From the human T2T-CHM13v2.0 reference genome, Homo sapiens, in NCBI RefSeq assembly GCF_009914755.1, contig NC_060939.1: a stretch of 64,000 nt of DNA; one strand, written 5' to 3'. Of the stretch, positions 1 to 18,742 are shown one piece after another. The notes below the pieces were generated by a model. The model saw nothing but the letters and a program-made list of their open reading frames with translations. It was not told the origin of the DNA and ran no database searches. Every line of letters starts with the position of its first letter. The first letter of the stretch is position 1. The position numbers and the translations under genes were made by a program.

Positions 1-192
1 ATGTGACCCCAGCAATTCAGTGAACTACTGGTACATTCCTAGAACAAAAAGGGGCAAAGCATGTTTAGTCTTAATTCTTTTATTCTTTGTTTACCTAATT
101 CACAAGTATACATCTATACAGATACTCAAGAATCACAAATTTTGCTTGATTTCTTCCCAAAGAAAGTGGCATTATGCAATTTGAGATTTTCC

Positions 193-283
193 GGCCAGGT
201 GCGGTGGTACATGCCTGTAGTCCAAGCTACTCAGGAGGCTGAGGCAGGAGGATCACTTGAGCCCAGGAGTTCAAGGCCAGCCC
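193..283 (+). mobile_element. Alu monomer fragment (FAM/FRAM/FLAM-like)
   Basis: GGCCAGGTGCGGTGGTACATGCCTGTAGTCCAAGCTACTCAGGAGGCTGAGGCAGGAGGATCACTTGAGCCCAGGAGTTC. Confidence 0.8.
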
Positions 284-1129
284 CAACGGGTGGAAGGAGT
301 GGGGAGAGGCAATGCCTGGCAATTTAAGATTCTTCCCTCAAATTATTGATATATTTGACTGGAAGCCCATTAATTATGTTCCTTATTTAAAGGTCACGTT
401 AAGCTTTGGTAACTAATCACAAGACACTTCCATACCTGCCCAAATGTAAGTTTAATCACAAATGTATTCCCAAGCTCACCTGTTATGGCAGAGGAAGAAC
501 TAAAAGCCATATAACACAAATTTAAAGGAAGGAACCCTAAGGGAAACGTTTCCATCTGGACTGATCTGCTGGTTTATACTCTGAGAAGATTCCCAAGTCC
601 TTGTATCTACGATTACAGCCAGAATGATTTTCTAGGAGAGACAAATTCAGGGCAAATATCTAAGGACACCCCAAATTACGGCATTTATATAATGTTAAAT
701 TATAAACAATTTATAATGTTAAATGATAAATTCCTTATATAATGTAAAGCTATAAATGTATATAATGTTAAATTACTATACAGCAAAACCAAAACTACAA
801 ATACAGGTGACCGATTCCTAAGAAGCCAGGATTCTTACGAATGGAAATACTTGTTAGAAGCCTATTTGAATCTCAAATTAGGAGCTTTTAAACCTAAAAG
901 TCAATTAAACTACATTGTGCAATAGCATTTCTTAAACATCTGACCTTGGTATACGCTAAGAATTCCGCGAGTGGTATTTGGACGCCTTATATCTGAAACC
1001 TGAGAAACAAAAACCCAGTCCACCAAAGAGAGGAAAGCCTGCTGGGGACTCACTTTGGGATGTAAGGATTTGTTTCCGTCATGTCGCACAGACTGCGACC
1101 TCATCGCCAATGTATCTGTCCCCCTTCCC

Positions 1130-1520
1130 CTGTGGTGACAGACTGTGGTCTGACTCCGGCTATCGGGCCTTCTGTCCAGTTAGGTGTGAACCAAGACCCC
1201 CCCAAGCAGAGTGTGAGTGAGAGACCCGCTCCCCTTTTGGCTTGTGCTTAAGACCTGGCTCTGAGCTCTGTGTCTCCAGGCTCTTTCCTCTCCTGCAGCT
1301 GTCTGTCACCTAAGCACAGCAGCCACGCTACTGACCGGTGAAGGACAATGCCACAGGAGACGGCAGTAAAGCAAAATGGAAGACCCTGGACCCCTCAATG
1401 ACAAGGAACACAGTCCCCCGAAATCCTGGAAAAGCCATCCCGTTACTGGACAGAGAAATTAACATCTGTCTCTGCTGCGTCCTCTCGGGTGTCTGTGACG
1501 GTGGTTTGGCCCTCTCGTAA
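1130..1520 (+). mobile_element. Possible old MLT1-type MaLR LTR
   Basis: Degenerate similarity only (GGAGACGGCAGTAAAGCAAAATGGAAGACCCTGG...AGAGAAATTAACATCTGTC). Confidence 0.35.
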
Positions 1521-1804
1521 GTCTTAAGTTGGCTACTACATTAAACACGGGAACCCATGAACGAACTATGATTTAAAAGCCACTTTTCAGAGTCACCGCT
1601 CACAAAAAACACATCAGTAACTTCTACTTTCCGAGTGGCATTTTACAGATTATCTCATGTCATCGCATGCCAGGCACAGGTTTTACAGGTACTGCTCCCA
1701 TCTCACTGCGGAGAAAGCGTACTTTCAAAAACTGGATAACTTGAGAGGAAACAGCAGTCGTAGTACCAGGCCCAAAACAGAAACACTTACATCTGTAACT
1801 CAGG

Positions 1805-2016
1805 GCAGGGGTCGGCACACTACGGCCCACTGGCCAAAATCCCCCATTAAAACTTCTACTGGGACACAGTTACACTCACTTTTGTTACTGTCTACAGCTG
1901 TTTTTGCATTACAGTGGCTAAGCTGAGCAGCTGGGAGCGAGATCCCACGGCCTGCAAAAACCCTAAAACATTTACCCGCCAACCCTTTACACAGCACAAA
2001 GAGTCTGCTGGCTGTG
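1805..2016. mobile_element. MER58-like hAT-Charlie element
   Basis: CAGGGGTCGGCACACTACGGCCCACTGGCCAAA...CACGGCCTGCAAAAACCCTAAAACATTTAC...CCCTTTACA resembles MER58A. Confidence 0.65.
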
Positions 2017-2309
2017 ATCCAGAGCCTTCACCTTTATGCTGGAGCCCCACTTACTGGAGGTAAACCAGGCACGTGCAGACTTCGCCTAAAGAAACTCATT
2101 CCTAAGTGTGGCATCCTCCTAAGCAGTTTGCCTTCCCATCTACCACTGAGCTGCTCCCTGCTCCCACTGCTGCTGCCCAAACCACATGCCTGACCTGTGC
2201 CCTGCTGTGTTTTCCTGACACCAAGACACTCTGTTACATTTGTGGACACTGCGCCTCCAGCTTCCTACCTTTTCAATTCTAACAGAACTCCTTCAAAAAA
2301 CATCACTGC

Positions 2310-2620
2310 GGCCGGGCGCAGTGGCTCATGCCTGTAATCCCTGCACTTTGGGAGGCCGAGGTGGGTGGATCATGAGGTCAGGAGATGGAGACCATCCTGG
2401 CTAACATGGTGAAACCCCGTCTCTACTAAAAATACAAAAAATTAGCCGGGCGTGGTAGCACGCGCCTGTAGTTCCAGCTACTCAGGAGACTGAGGCAGGA
2501 GAATCGCTTGAACCCAGGAGGCGGAAGTTGCAGTGAGCCGAGATTGTGCTACTGCACTCCAGCCTGGGCGGCAGGGTGAGACTCCGTCTCAAAAACAAAC
2601 AAACGAACAAACAAAAAACA
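2310..2620 (+). mobile_element. Alu (Sc/Y-like), full length
   Basis: GGCCGGGCGCAGTGGCTCA...two arms...(AAAC)n tail. Confidence 0.95.
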
Positions 2621-5181
2621 CATCATTTCAGATGAAACAGTTCTGGAGACTGGTTGCGCAACTTACATACTTAAATGACTGAACTGTGTATTTAGATGTG
2701 ACATGTATTTTACCAGTTAAAAACAGATTTTCTGAAAAGCAACTTCAAAAATAAAATTTTGTGGAAATTCTGTAAAAAATAAACATGTTTTATTCAAGTT
2801 AGATGAAAAACCTGGAAGTGGCAATGCTGGACAGGAAACACGACGCACCAGATTCTGTGTGGCTCTGCAGTTATAGATTCAGTCTACTTCGGTTTTGTGC
2901 ATAAAAGGCAGTTTCAAGAAACTAAAAACAGACATAGCACTCCCCAAAATAGAACCCCCAAAACCACGAACAGCAGCGTATGTTCATTTGATCCCTGTGT
3001 CTAACAGCATTACAGCTGCATCAGCAACTGGAGACAAGTGAGTCACAAAAGCCCTCTGAAGCATCGTTCTGAATAAGATACAAGAAAAAGTGACTCACAC
3101 AATTCGTTTCACGCAACCAATGTTTTGTGAATACTCACTATATGCCCGGTACTGTGGCAGTTATCCAATATTCTACAACATAAAATAAATACCTCATTCC
3201 AAATATCCCTTATCATCCGGGAACTAAGATGACATTCTAGGTTGAATAAGACGAAATGCTGTCACCATATGTTGTCATTTCATGAGCCAGTTTACTTCCA
3301 GAATAACTTTTTTGATTTTCATTTTAAAGAGTATCCACGTAAAAAATAAGAGACGCCTTTACGCAAAAATGCCATCTATCGACAAAATTATTCAGGTTTG
3401 CAGTCCTACTGCATTTCACATGACGGGTAAACACAACGCGAAGAAGACACGGGCTGGAGCCTGGCCTGCTTCTCACAGGCTGTGTCCTCGAGCAAGTCTC
3501 CTGACTAATTTGGTCCCAGTTTGTCTCCTGCCTGGTTTGGACCAGAAAAGTCACAAAAGTCTTTTCTGGGGTTACAATTCAGGGCAAACTAACAGTACAA
3601 ACAAGGTTAGGAGAATTGTTCAAGAACTGTTCTTAAGTACCATGAAAGATGCACTGACTAAGAACACCTGCCAGCCCCTGCACCCCCAGATGGGTCAGGG
3701 ACCAGACTCTTCCAGATGCAGCTCCCGAGTCTCTCCGATGTACCCACTCTTCTGCAGCCCGCAAGCAAGCCTCTCAGCTATGATTCTCTTCATTTCTTAC
3801 CTGGCTGTTGCAGAAATCTCTTAGGTCTCCTCTGCCCCAGCCTCACCTTGCTCTGAACCTGTCGGGGTGGTCTTTCAATATGGAACCCTGGTCATGTTGC
3901 TTGCTGGGAATAATTCGATCCACCCCAACTGCTCTGCATACCCCTTAGGTCTCCTCACATTCCAGCCACCCCTCCTCCCTCTGCCAGGTCTCATGTTGCC
4001 AGGCCACAGTTCTGTGGATGAGGCAGGAGGTTCTCCCTCGCCATGTGTGCGAAGTCAGCCACCCTGGGTAAATCCTGTCCCCCTTCCCTGCCTGAGCCAG
4101 GGTCTGTGGGAGCCTGTACACCTTCTGAAACACAATATCCAATATCCCACTGCCCACTGCCCTCCCAGGGCAACCCAGAGTGTGTCTATAGGTGGGGGCG
4201 GTGCGGGGGGAGGTGGTCGGGGGTGGCGGGGCAAGCCAGAGAGAGAATGTGAAATCTCCTTTAATTCCTCTTAGAGAACAGTGATTCCCCACAAATGGGT
4301 ATAGAGTAGAATCATCTGAGATTGTAATGCATGTCTGGCAAAAATCCACTACATAAAGAAAATAATGAATAATGAGGCTGGTGGTTAAAGAAGGAGTTGC
4401 CTATTACTCCCCCGACCCTCAGCCTTCCGTGAATATCAACGTTAAGGCATCCTGGCAGGAGGAACCACCAAACGTCCTATAGAACAAGGTGGGGACGAGT
4501 GAGCAGAAGAGAAAGGCTCACATGAGAAAGATGCCTAAGAACAAGGAGGAAGCCAATGAGCCCGCCCAGCCTAACTCCTTCCCATCCTTCTGGGGCTGGT
4601 CTGACCCATCTGATTGGTGGAGCGGCAGGGCTGCCTTTCCAGCAGGCGGTTGGGCAGTGGGGTGGGAGGAGAGGAGGCAGGAAGACTCCAAGAGGAGTTA
4701 AATCTTAGCTAGGGCTGCAGCTGTGAGTCACTGGATGGCAGGATGACAGAGGTTGCAAGTACCAGCAGCAGGGAAGAAACACAGACAGGCGTTCCCTGGC
4801 AGCTCTGGTGGCCCTGGGCTGGTAGGGGCTGCCCTTCTTTCATTCCAGCCAGTGTTTCTTAGAGAGATCAGCCTAACCAGATGGAAAGGAAGGCTGTTAC
4901 CTTCCACCTTTCCTGAACTGTGTTCAAAGAGAACTGGAGGCTGCCTTCATGTTCTCCCAGTAGGTGTCCAGGAGGGGGTTAGAAGGAATCTCAGGCCAGC
5001 AGCAAGCCAGCCAGGGAAGGGCCCACTACAGCAGCTAAGGAGGACAACCCTCAGCCCTCAACACACTTCAGCTTTCAATCGGGGCTAAATTATGGGACAG
5101 ACTGCATTCCATGAGCTTTAGCAATTTCAGAAGCTGCTGATGACAAGCTCTGGTCCTATCAAGCTTGCCAGGGTGGAAGCA

Positions 5182-5622
5182 GCAGGAGGGGCAGTGGGAT
5201 GTCAGACACAGCAGAGGCTGCAGGGAAGGATGGAGGGCATTTCTGCAGGAGGGGCAGTGGGATCTCAGACACAGCAGAGGCTGCAGGGAAGGATGGAGGG
5301 CATTTCTGCAGGGGGGGCAGTGGGATCTCAGACACAGCAGAGGCTGCAGGGGAGGATGGAGGGCATTTCTGCAGGAGGGGCAGTGGGATCTCAGACACAG
5401 CAGAGGCTGCAGGGGAGGATGGAGGGCATTTCTGCAGGAGGGGCAGTGGGATCTCAGACACAGCAGAGGCTGCAGGGAAGGATGGAGGGCATTTCTGCAG
5501 GAGGGGCAGTGGGATCTCAGACACAGCAGAGGCTGCAGGGGAGGATGGAGGGCATTTCTGCAGGAGGGGCAGTGGGATCTCAGACACAGCAGAGGCTGCA
5601 GGGGAGGATGGAGGGCATTTCT
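5182..5622 (+). repeat. Minisatellite/VNTR, 63-bp unit x7
   Basis: Unit GCAGGAGGGGCAGTGGGATCTCAGACACAGCAGAGGCTGCAGGG(A/G)AGGATGGAGGGCATTTCT; seven near-identical copies, visible as 21-aa repeats in the ORF track. Confidence 0.97.
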
Positions 5623-6439
5623 GACCCCTTGCAGCACTCACTGGTAAACATGGAATAAGGTGACTCTCATTTAGGATTTTTTTTAACTTTAAAAGGCTAA
5701 CATATAAATAGTAGTTTGCAAATTTAGGGATTTTGGGAGAGGTGGTTAAGACTAAAAGATTATAAAATGAGGACTAATAACTTAAAAGCCATTATGTAAT
5801 GGTAATCAAACAAGAAAAAAAATATTTTACCATCATGAACCAGCTATAATTTGGGGAGTATAACATGGTCTTTGGGTTTTATGCTGGATGTAGACCTAAA
5901 TTCCACATTTCTTAAAATCCAATCTGCACTGCTATAGAGAGGTTACTTGTTTCCAGAGAAAAACATTACTAGTGCTGGTTAGCATATAAAAATAAAAATG
6001 TGACAATGGGATTCAGTAACGGCTATTTTCAAGTAAACAAACAAGAAAACAACCACAAATCAATTTTATTAACAACTGATTGCACCTAAAGCCAAGCTTT
6101 AAAGTAGAAATGCACTGGGTTGCAGAAACCACAAACCCCTGAAATAGGGGGGGTGAGGGAGTATAAAGGCAGCGTGGGCGCCCACAGCACAGCCAGTAGA
6201 CCCTGTCCACAGTCCTGACAGGCATGGACCTTCTCCCTTTAGGCAGCCCACTCCACAGGTCAAGGCCACACATCCAAGTGTGCAGGAGGATAGAGGAAAA
6301 GAGACACACTAATTTCAATACAAAGGCTTCCCACAACTACAGTCATTCAAACTACTTCTAAGAATGGAGAAACAGAATTCTTCTAAGAATTACCAAAAGC
6401 CCCCATATACGGCTGCTCAACAATATCATTTGACAAACA

Positions 6440-7550
<1,111 letters not shown>

Positions 7551-7575
7551 ATTGCCCCCCAAAAAACAGTGGTTA

Positions 7576-7892
<317 letters not shown>

Positions 7893-8636
7893 ACCATCTG
7901 GCAGAGTTAAGAATACTGTCACTTGGCGAAGATCATAGTAACTAATTTTTCGCAATACTACATACTCTATCCACCAGCAAATCATGAAAGTATGGCTAAC
8001 AGATTTCTAAACAGCTCTTTAACTACTCAGAGAGATTTTCAGAAGCATAAAGCAAGAAGTTTTTCCTCTGTAATCTATTTTTATTAAGCTTAAAGTTCTA
8101 ATATTTTATCTTTTTTTTTCTTTTTTTAAAGTAATCAACATGGCAATACCTCATATGCTTGAGGTTTCCTGGACAAAACCCTATTACTATTTCTGTCTCT
8201 AATTCATCCTTTTTGCCTGCTGTGCTGTGGGCATGACATCAATTTATTATAACCAATAATTTCCAGTGCCTCCCAGTCACTAAATTGCCACCACACACAC
8301 ATGATTCAGAGGAAAGAAACTAGAACCAGCATACTCTTCAGTTGTTTAAGAAAAAGCCTGGTCTTTATATTTCCCCATTTATATAAACAAGCTAGTAATC
8401 AATTGACATAGACTCCACAATGTTTCCTGATAACTAGAGAAAACACACAGGTCTACCAGATGTTTATAGCTACTTGTGAAAAGACACATACCCAAACCTG
8501 AAGAGTACTGTGATCACAAAACTGAGCTTGATTTTTCTACTAACGACTATTAGTATTAGCAGCCTGACATTTAAACACACAAACCCATACATGCTTATTC
8601 TGCTCTAAGTGAAGAATTTTAATTTTGAAGATTGTT

Positions 8637-8953
<317 letters not shown>

Positions 8954-11384
8954 CTACCCCATGATCCTGGTATGGTAGTGTTTTCTATTTCAAGTTCCTA
9001 TAGACAGTAATACGCTCCATCACTAAGGCAGCAGGATTCCAGGACATTTGATTTTTGATATATGCTTCATAACGTTTGCAATACTAAATGAGAAGTTTAA
9101 TTTCAAACTCCAATCTCTGTCTGCTCTCCTTTCTCTCCCCGGGTGAGCCTCTGAGGCGAGAGGTTTGATTCAGGAGATAAGACTAGGGCTGCACAGGCAT
9201 GGTGTGCCTCGTGCGCCACGGAGTGAAACTAGACAGACAAGGGAAAACCCACCAGGTCTCGAGTCGGCAGGAGAACCAACGACCAGGTATTTGTTTCTAA
9301 AGACTCATATGATCCACTGAAGAGAACCACTGAGTCAGAGGCAGGGGTGGAGGTCGCAGTGAGGGAGGACATGGCACACTACCCACAGGCAGGGGTAGCA
9401 GCTCCCACTGTGGGGTTAGTCATCAGCTGGGGCTCTGAAGGCGGTGACGTGCTAAGTGACAGATCACCACCAAGATCCGTTTCCCATGAAAACACTTTGG
9501 AAAGAAGCTTTTATGTGGGCTCACTTTATACAAATAACACTTCAGAAAATAAACGAACACTCATTAAATTATGCACCAAAAGAAAGTAAACTGTGGAAGC
9601 TAGAAGAGACAGCAGTGTTAGATATTAATTAATAGGCTACAGAGAAGAAGAAATACATTTATCATCTGTGAGAAAACATGTAGGTTTGTCATTTTATTTT
9701 CCCTACACAGAAGCAGCCATAATGGCAGAGAGAGTGAACAAATATTCCCAGGGTTTTGGGGCACAGCCTAAAATAGTCCTCCAAAAAATACCAAATTTCT
9801 TTTCTCATTTTTAATCATAAAAATTCACACTAATTTGCAATGATACTCTAGGACACCCATGTTTATCTCATAAAAAAAGTCTCTCTCCCAGACCTCAGGT
9901 AAAATTAATGTTCTAGGAACGTATGCCACGCATTTCCACTGGCTATCCAGTACCACTCTCGCGTGTCAGCACATTCCAAAATTAGTTTAATTTAAAAGAA
10001 ACAAGACCAAACAAAACAAAGCCAAAAGGAAACAAACAAAACCTAAAAGGGGAAAAATCCTACTAAGATAACTGAAACAAATATTGTCTAATATATTTCT
10101 CAGAAAGGGTCTACTCTTGACAAATGTTTTTTATATTAACACAGCATTTGCAGTCAAAAGAAAAATAAGCCACTCACTATCCAAAATGGGAATAAAAGTC
10201 TTTTCTTCTATACCTCATTTTTGGAAATAAAAAGTCTTTGGCTGAAAGCAAAGGAAAGAGTTACGTCCACATAACCCTTCAGAATGGGAAGAATCAGCGT
10301 CACCAAGTCTTCACTTCGCCAACTAACAACAGTATTTTAAAAATTGTTCATTCTGATTTTTAGAACCAACTCATGATGCTGGCTATCTGTGAACAACAAT
10401 ACCTTCTAGTATGTTATATAATATTTCATTTCAATGTTAACAGGATATTTTTCTTAAATTTCCAGGTGCCTCTCTCATATGCTCTGTATCTGTTAATTCA
10501 TCAAACACTCAAGTGCCTCATATGTTAACCTCTAAATGGAATACAGAAATAATTAAGACAAGACCCAATCTACTAGAAAAAAAAAGTTGAATATTTGGCA
10601 CAAATAAACACTCAAAGAAAATAGATCTTCCAGAATATACTATCCAAGCAAATATTCAGTCTTGCTAAATTTACCAACAGGTTTTTAAAATCCTCTGAGA
10701 ATGAGGGCTGCGTTGCCATGTGACACAGGTAGTACCTGGAATCTAGTAACTAAAATTGAAAAGCTTATTTCAAGATGGAGTTAGGCTTCTTGCCCCTGCC
10801 CCACCCGTTGTCCTGAAGTAAAAAGCCACTAGTGGGGTCAAGCAAGATAGGGTCCCCAGATGGGGTGAGGGTGGGCTGGTGCAGTGGCCCAGCCTTGGGG
10901 CGTCAGGTAGGCCGCCAACCCTTGAGTTGAGTCACATAGGGAAGGCACCGGGAAGGAGGCATTGCAACAGAGGATTGCTCACTTACAGCGGAAACTGATG
11001 CAGTAAGTAAATGTGGCTGAGGCCAATGAGCAGCTAGATTTCTCAACTGTCAAATAAAGCAATTACAAATACAGAAAGGGAGAGAAGAGGAAGAACCCTT
11101 TGGGGTTGAAATGGGATTTGGAGTATCAGGGGGAACCCAAGGACACACACACACATGCACATTTTCCCCTGGTCAGCCCACTGCTCAGGAGTGGGCCAGC
11201 CAACACCCACAGCAACGAGCACACCCACAGTCTAGATCTTGGCTTCTAAATGTTTTCCACTAAAAAGAACCAGAGACTCTTCGAGAGATGGCAGACTGCA
11301 AGGCTAAGGCAGGGAAAAAATAACAGCCTGAAACATCTTAGTATGCCAGAAAGAAATTGCTCAAACAGTTATAGGGGCATATCA

Positions 11385-11787
<403 letters not shown>

Positions 11788-13499
11788 TCATTAAATAAAA
11801 TAGGAATACAAGAGTGTATACTCATACAAGCACACACATAAGTAAATGGGAAAAGGAACAAGCTTTTCCTTACTTTCAACTAATAAAAGTAGAAAGAATA
11901 ACTGGATTAGAAAATCACCATTTAGCAACCATCACACTATTCATTTATTCTGCCAAGAAACATCAATTAATGCTAAAACTATTGGGGGTGGGAGTTTGAT
12001 GAGGAACAGGATATTTACAGTCTCTCCACAATGACACTCACTAAATATAAAAAGACAGAGAGTAACTTTACAGTGGAGAAACCTGGCCAGGTTTTCCTAA
12101 TCACTCTACCTTAGTTAAATGACCAAAGTTAATACTACCAATAACAGAGCAAACCAAAATCACAAACTGTTAGGATACAAAGAGAACACAGCAACGCTTC
12201 TGTAGTATCTGCACACTTGAACCTAATCATGAGAAAATAAATGCAAACTGATAAACATTCCACTGGTCTGTAAACTCCAGAAGTGTCAAGGTCATAAAAA
12301 TCAAGAAAAGGATGGAGACCTGTTTCAGACTGAAAGTGACTAAGGACATAATGCCAGTGTTCGTAAAATGCCATCCGTTTTAATAAAACTTCAACTTATA
12401 CATAGACTTACGTAAGAAGAATAAAGCGATATATACCTGTATGCCGTGAAGCTTTTTGTTTTAAGGAAAAAGGGTTAAGTAAAAACCTTTATCACTGAGC
12501 TTCAGAGACTGGAAATTGTGATATGAATTCAATATTCCATGGGAAAAAAAAACCTGCTAAACAAAAATAACAAATAGCAGGATCAGTTGCTATGCAACAA
12601 TAAGAAATGTTTGCATGAAGTCAGCAGAGGAGGAGAAAGGGCAGTAAAAATGAATCTTTCTATATTTTCTATGTTTAATTCTCAGGGCAGGTTATAAATA
12701 GTGAATCAGAAACTGTTCCAACAGACAGGTATTTTCTTAGAAGATACATAGTGGCATTCTTCAGTTTCTTAGTGTGGAAGATGTGAGGACAACACTATAA
12801 GCTAAAAAGAAATCTACTGGCATGTGACTGATCTGTACTGAATGACAACTGAAATGGCAAGTTCAACACAGAAAGTATACAAAAAGTATACAAGTGCCTT
12901 AAATTTTGTAATGAAGACTCTTTGAGGTTACTACAAGTTAGTGTCGTTAAAATACTGAGTAAGTTTCTTAAAGCACTTGTCTTCAACTCTTAGTCCGTTA
13001 TTTCTCTTCCTGCCTACTGATTAACCTTGGTAAAACTTTCTGAATGTTTCTAGGAAAAAGCATGGAAAAGAAAAAAACAAAGTTCAAAAACAAGATCTGT
13101 AACCTTGGAATATGATTTGATTATAATCACTCACTAAACAGATTAGCCAGTACCTTTTATTGTCAGATTTTAAAAATACTTGGCCACAGGGAGTTAGTAA
13201 GGCCTATTATAGCCACAATTCTGCATAATGTGCAAAGCAAAAGTGCTTAGCAGAAAAAGAGGCTGAAGGCACCATCACACCTTAAACATAAACCTCTTAA
13301 GACTTTATCTTCCTGTCATTGCAAAAACCCTACATTTAATAGAAAAACTAATCCCCATTTAAACAACGTCTAGAAGAGATACAGAGACACTAGATGGATA
13401 CTGGAAAAGTAATGCTTTGAATCTCAAATCCTATTTTCTTGAGTTTTAAAATTACAAATAGTTTTTTTTAGTCAAAGAAAACTAGAATCTAAGTTGTGA

Positions 13500-16560
<3,061 letters not shown>

Positions 16561-17513
16561 TCCTGTTTATCAAATGTATTCCACACAATAGCTGACATAG
16601 AGACCCAAATGAACAAGCAAGTAGGATGGCATAAATTACGCTGAAGTCACTCAAACTATTCCAAAACACTACAGCAGCACAGCAGCACAAAATATGTCTT
16701 TGTGATTAATCACACCTTGAAGCAAGATGAAACAGAAGATACAGGTACGAAGAAAAGCAAACTCCCACATTACATATTTACATAGTTCCTACTGTGTGTA
16801 ATTTCCTAGACTCGGTGTTTAAGTCTTACTCAATCATACCTGAAAAATCACGAGGCTTTTACTTTTCCTAATGCGGTTAAAACAAAAATACAAGAATGTG
16901 GCAAACTAGCCACTGTCTCATTTTCCCTCCAATGAAAACTGGCTCCTTCAACCTTAAACAGATAGCCCAGGCATGGAAAATTGGTTAAACGTGGGCCAGT
17001 CCCAAGTGACCTGGATCCATCACCTGTGGGGCTGGTGGGGCAAAAGCCTGTGAAATGGCATCTGGCCTTGTGCAGAGTCCCCATTGCACAAACTGTTTCT
17101 GTGCTGTGTACAGACATCAGGGTGTGTATGTGTGTCTGCTGTCTGTGTGTGCAGAACTTACGGCCCCTATTTGACAAACCCAGCCGCATCTTGCATTTGG
17201 TAGACACAGCAGCTTCACATTACTGGGTGCAGCACATCTCGCCACCCACTGACCCTGTCCCTCACATACCCTGAACACCTACTTACCAGGGCCTGTGTAA
17301 GATGCAAGGATACCCATTTCACTACAGTTTATATCATAAAAGCACCTTACGTCCTTTTTTTAGGAAGACATGGACTAAAGTAAGATCTGCATCAACGTCA
17401 CTGCACAAGTTGTGTCTGCATCTGCCATCTTAAAATAATAACTGAATTTTCACTTGTGTATATCCTCAATAACTGCAACAGATGCTTACATACTTTGGTA
17501 TATGAATGCTGAG

Positions 17514-18188
17514 TGATACAGCTTGGATCTGTGTTTCCATAAAATCTCATGTCGGATTGCAGTCCCTATGTTGGAGGGGGACCTGGTGGGAGGTGGCTGG
17601 ATCATGGAGGTGGATTTCTCATGCATAGGTGGGAGGTGGCTGGATCATGGAGGTGGATTTCTCATGCATAGGTGGGAGGTGGCTGGATCATGGAGGTGGA
17701 TTTCTCATGCATAGGTGGGAGGTGGCTGGATCATGGAGGTGGATTTCTCATGCATAGGTGGGAGGTGGCTGGATCATGGAGGTGGATTTCTCATGCATAG
17801 GTGGGAGGTGGCTGGATCATGGAGGTGGATTTCTCATGCATAGGTGGGAGGTGGCTGGATCATGGAGGTGGATTTCTCATGCATAAGGTTTAGCACCTCC
17901 CCTTGGTGCTGTTCTCTTGACAGTGAGTTCTCGCAAGATCTCGTTTTTTAAAAGTGTGCGGCACCTCCTCCCTTCGCTTTCTCTTGCTTCTGCTCCCACT
18001 ATGTGAGACACCTCGCCCCCACTTTGCCTTCCACCATGATTGTAAGTTTCCTGAGTCTTCACCAGAAGCCAAGCAGATGCCAGGATCACACTTCCTGTAC
18101 TGCCTGCAGAACCATGAGCCAATTAAACCTTTTCTTTATAAACTGCCCTGTCTCGGGCATTTCTTTATAGCAATGTGAGAACCAACAC
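17514..18188 (+). mobile_element. MaLR solo LTR (MSTA/MSTB-like) expanded by the internal 43-bp VNTR
   Basis: Begins TGATACAGCTTGGATCTGTGT...AAATCTCATGT; contains TTTGCCTTCCACCATGATTGTAAGTTTCCTGAG...GAGCCAATTAAACCT; ends TTCTTTATAGCAATGTGAGAA. Confidence 0.85.
17585..17885 (+). repeat. Minisatellite/VNTR, 43-bp unit x7, inside an MST LTR
   Basis: GGTGGGAGGTGGCTGGATCATGGAGGTGGATTTCTCATGCATA starting at 17585, 17628, 17671, 17714, 17757, 17800 and 17843; all copies identical. Confidence 0.97.
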
Positions 18189-18376
18189 AATGTGTAAAGA
18201 TCTGAGAATAGTAGATAAAGACTGTAAGTTACAGAGCTTAAAATCTTAAAAGGTTTTCCAGGGTATACTATCAGTATGAGCCTACATCATCAGATACAGC
18301 AAACTTAAGTTTTCAAGGCCATAAAAAGATGAAGGGGTAGGATACAAAGTTTAACAGCTACTGAGTAAGACCTTCA

Positions 18377-18742
<366 letters not shown>

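Noticed and set aside
3282-3824. 180-aa + strand ORF in unique sequence
   Set aside because: No recognisable domain or coding-like composition; antisense within an intron. A strong minus-strand donor (CAG|GTAAGA at 3801/3800) lacks a convincing acceptor.
5068-5658. Five overlapping 141-189 aa ORFs with 21-aa repeats
   Set aside because: Arise from a 63-bp (3n) VNTR unit lacking stops; no splice or promoter support.
16740-17500. Possible ancient DNA-transposon remnant around the MST LTR
   Set aside because: Could not identify terminal repeats or a transposase motif by eye; needs a Dfam search.
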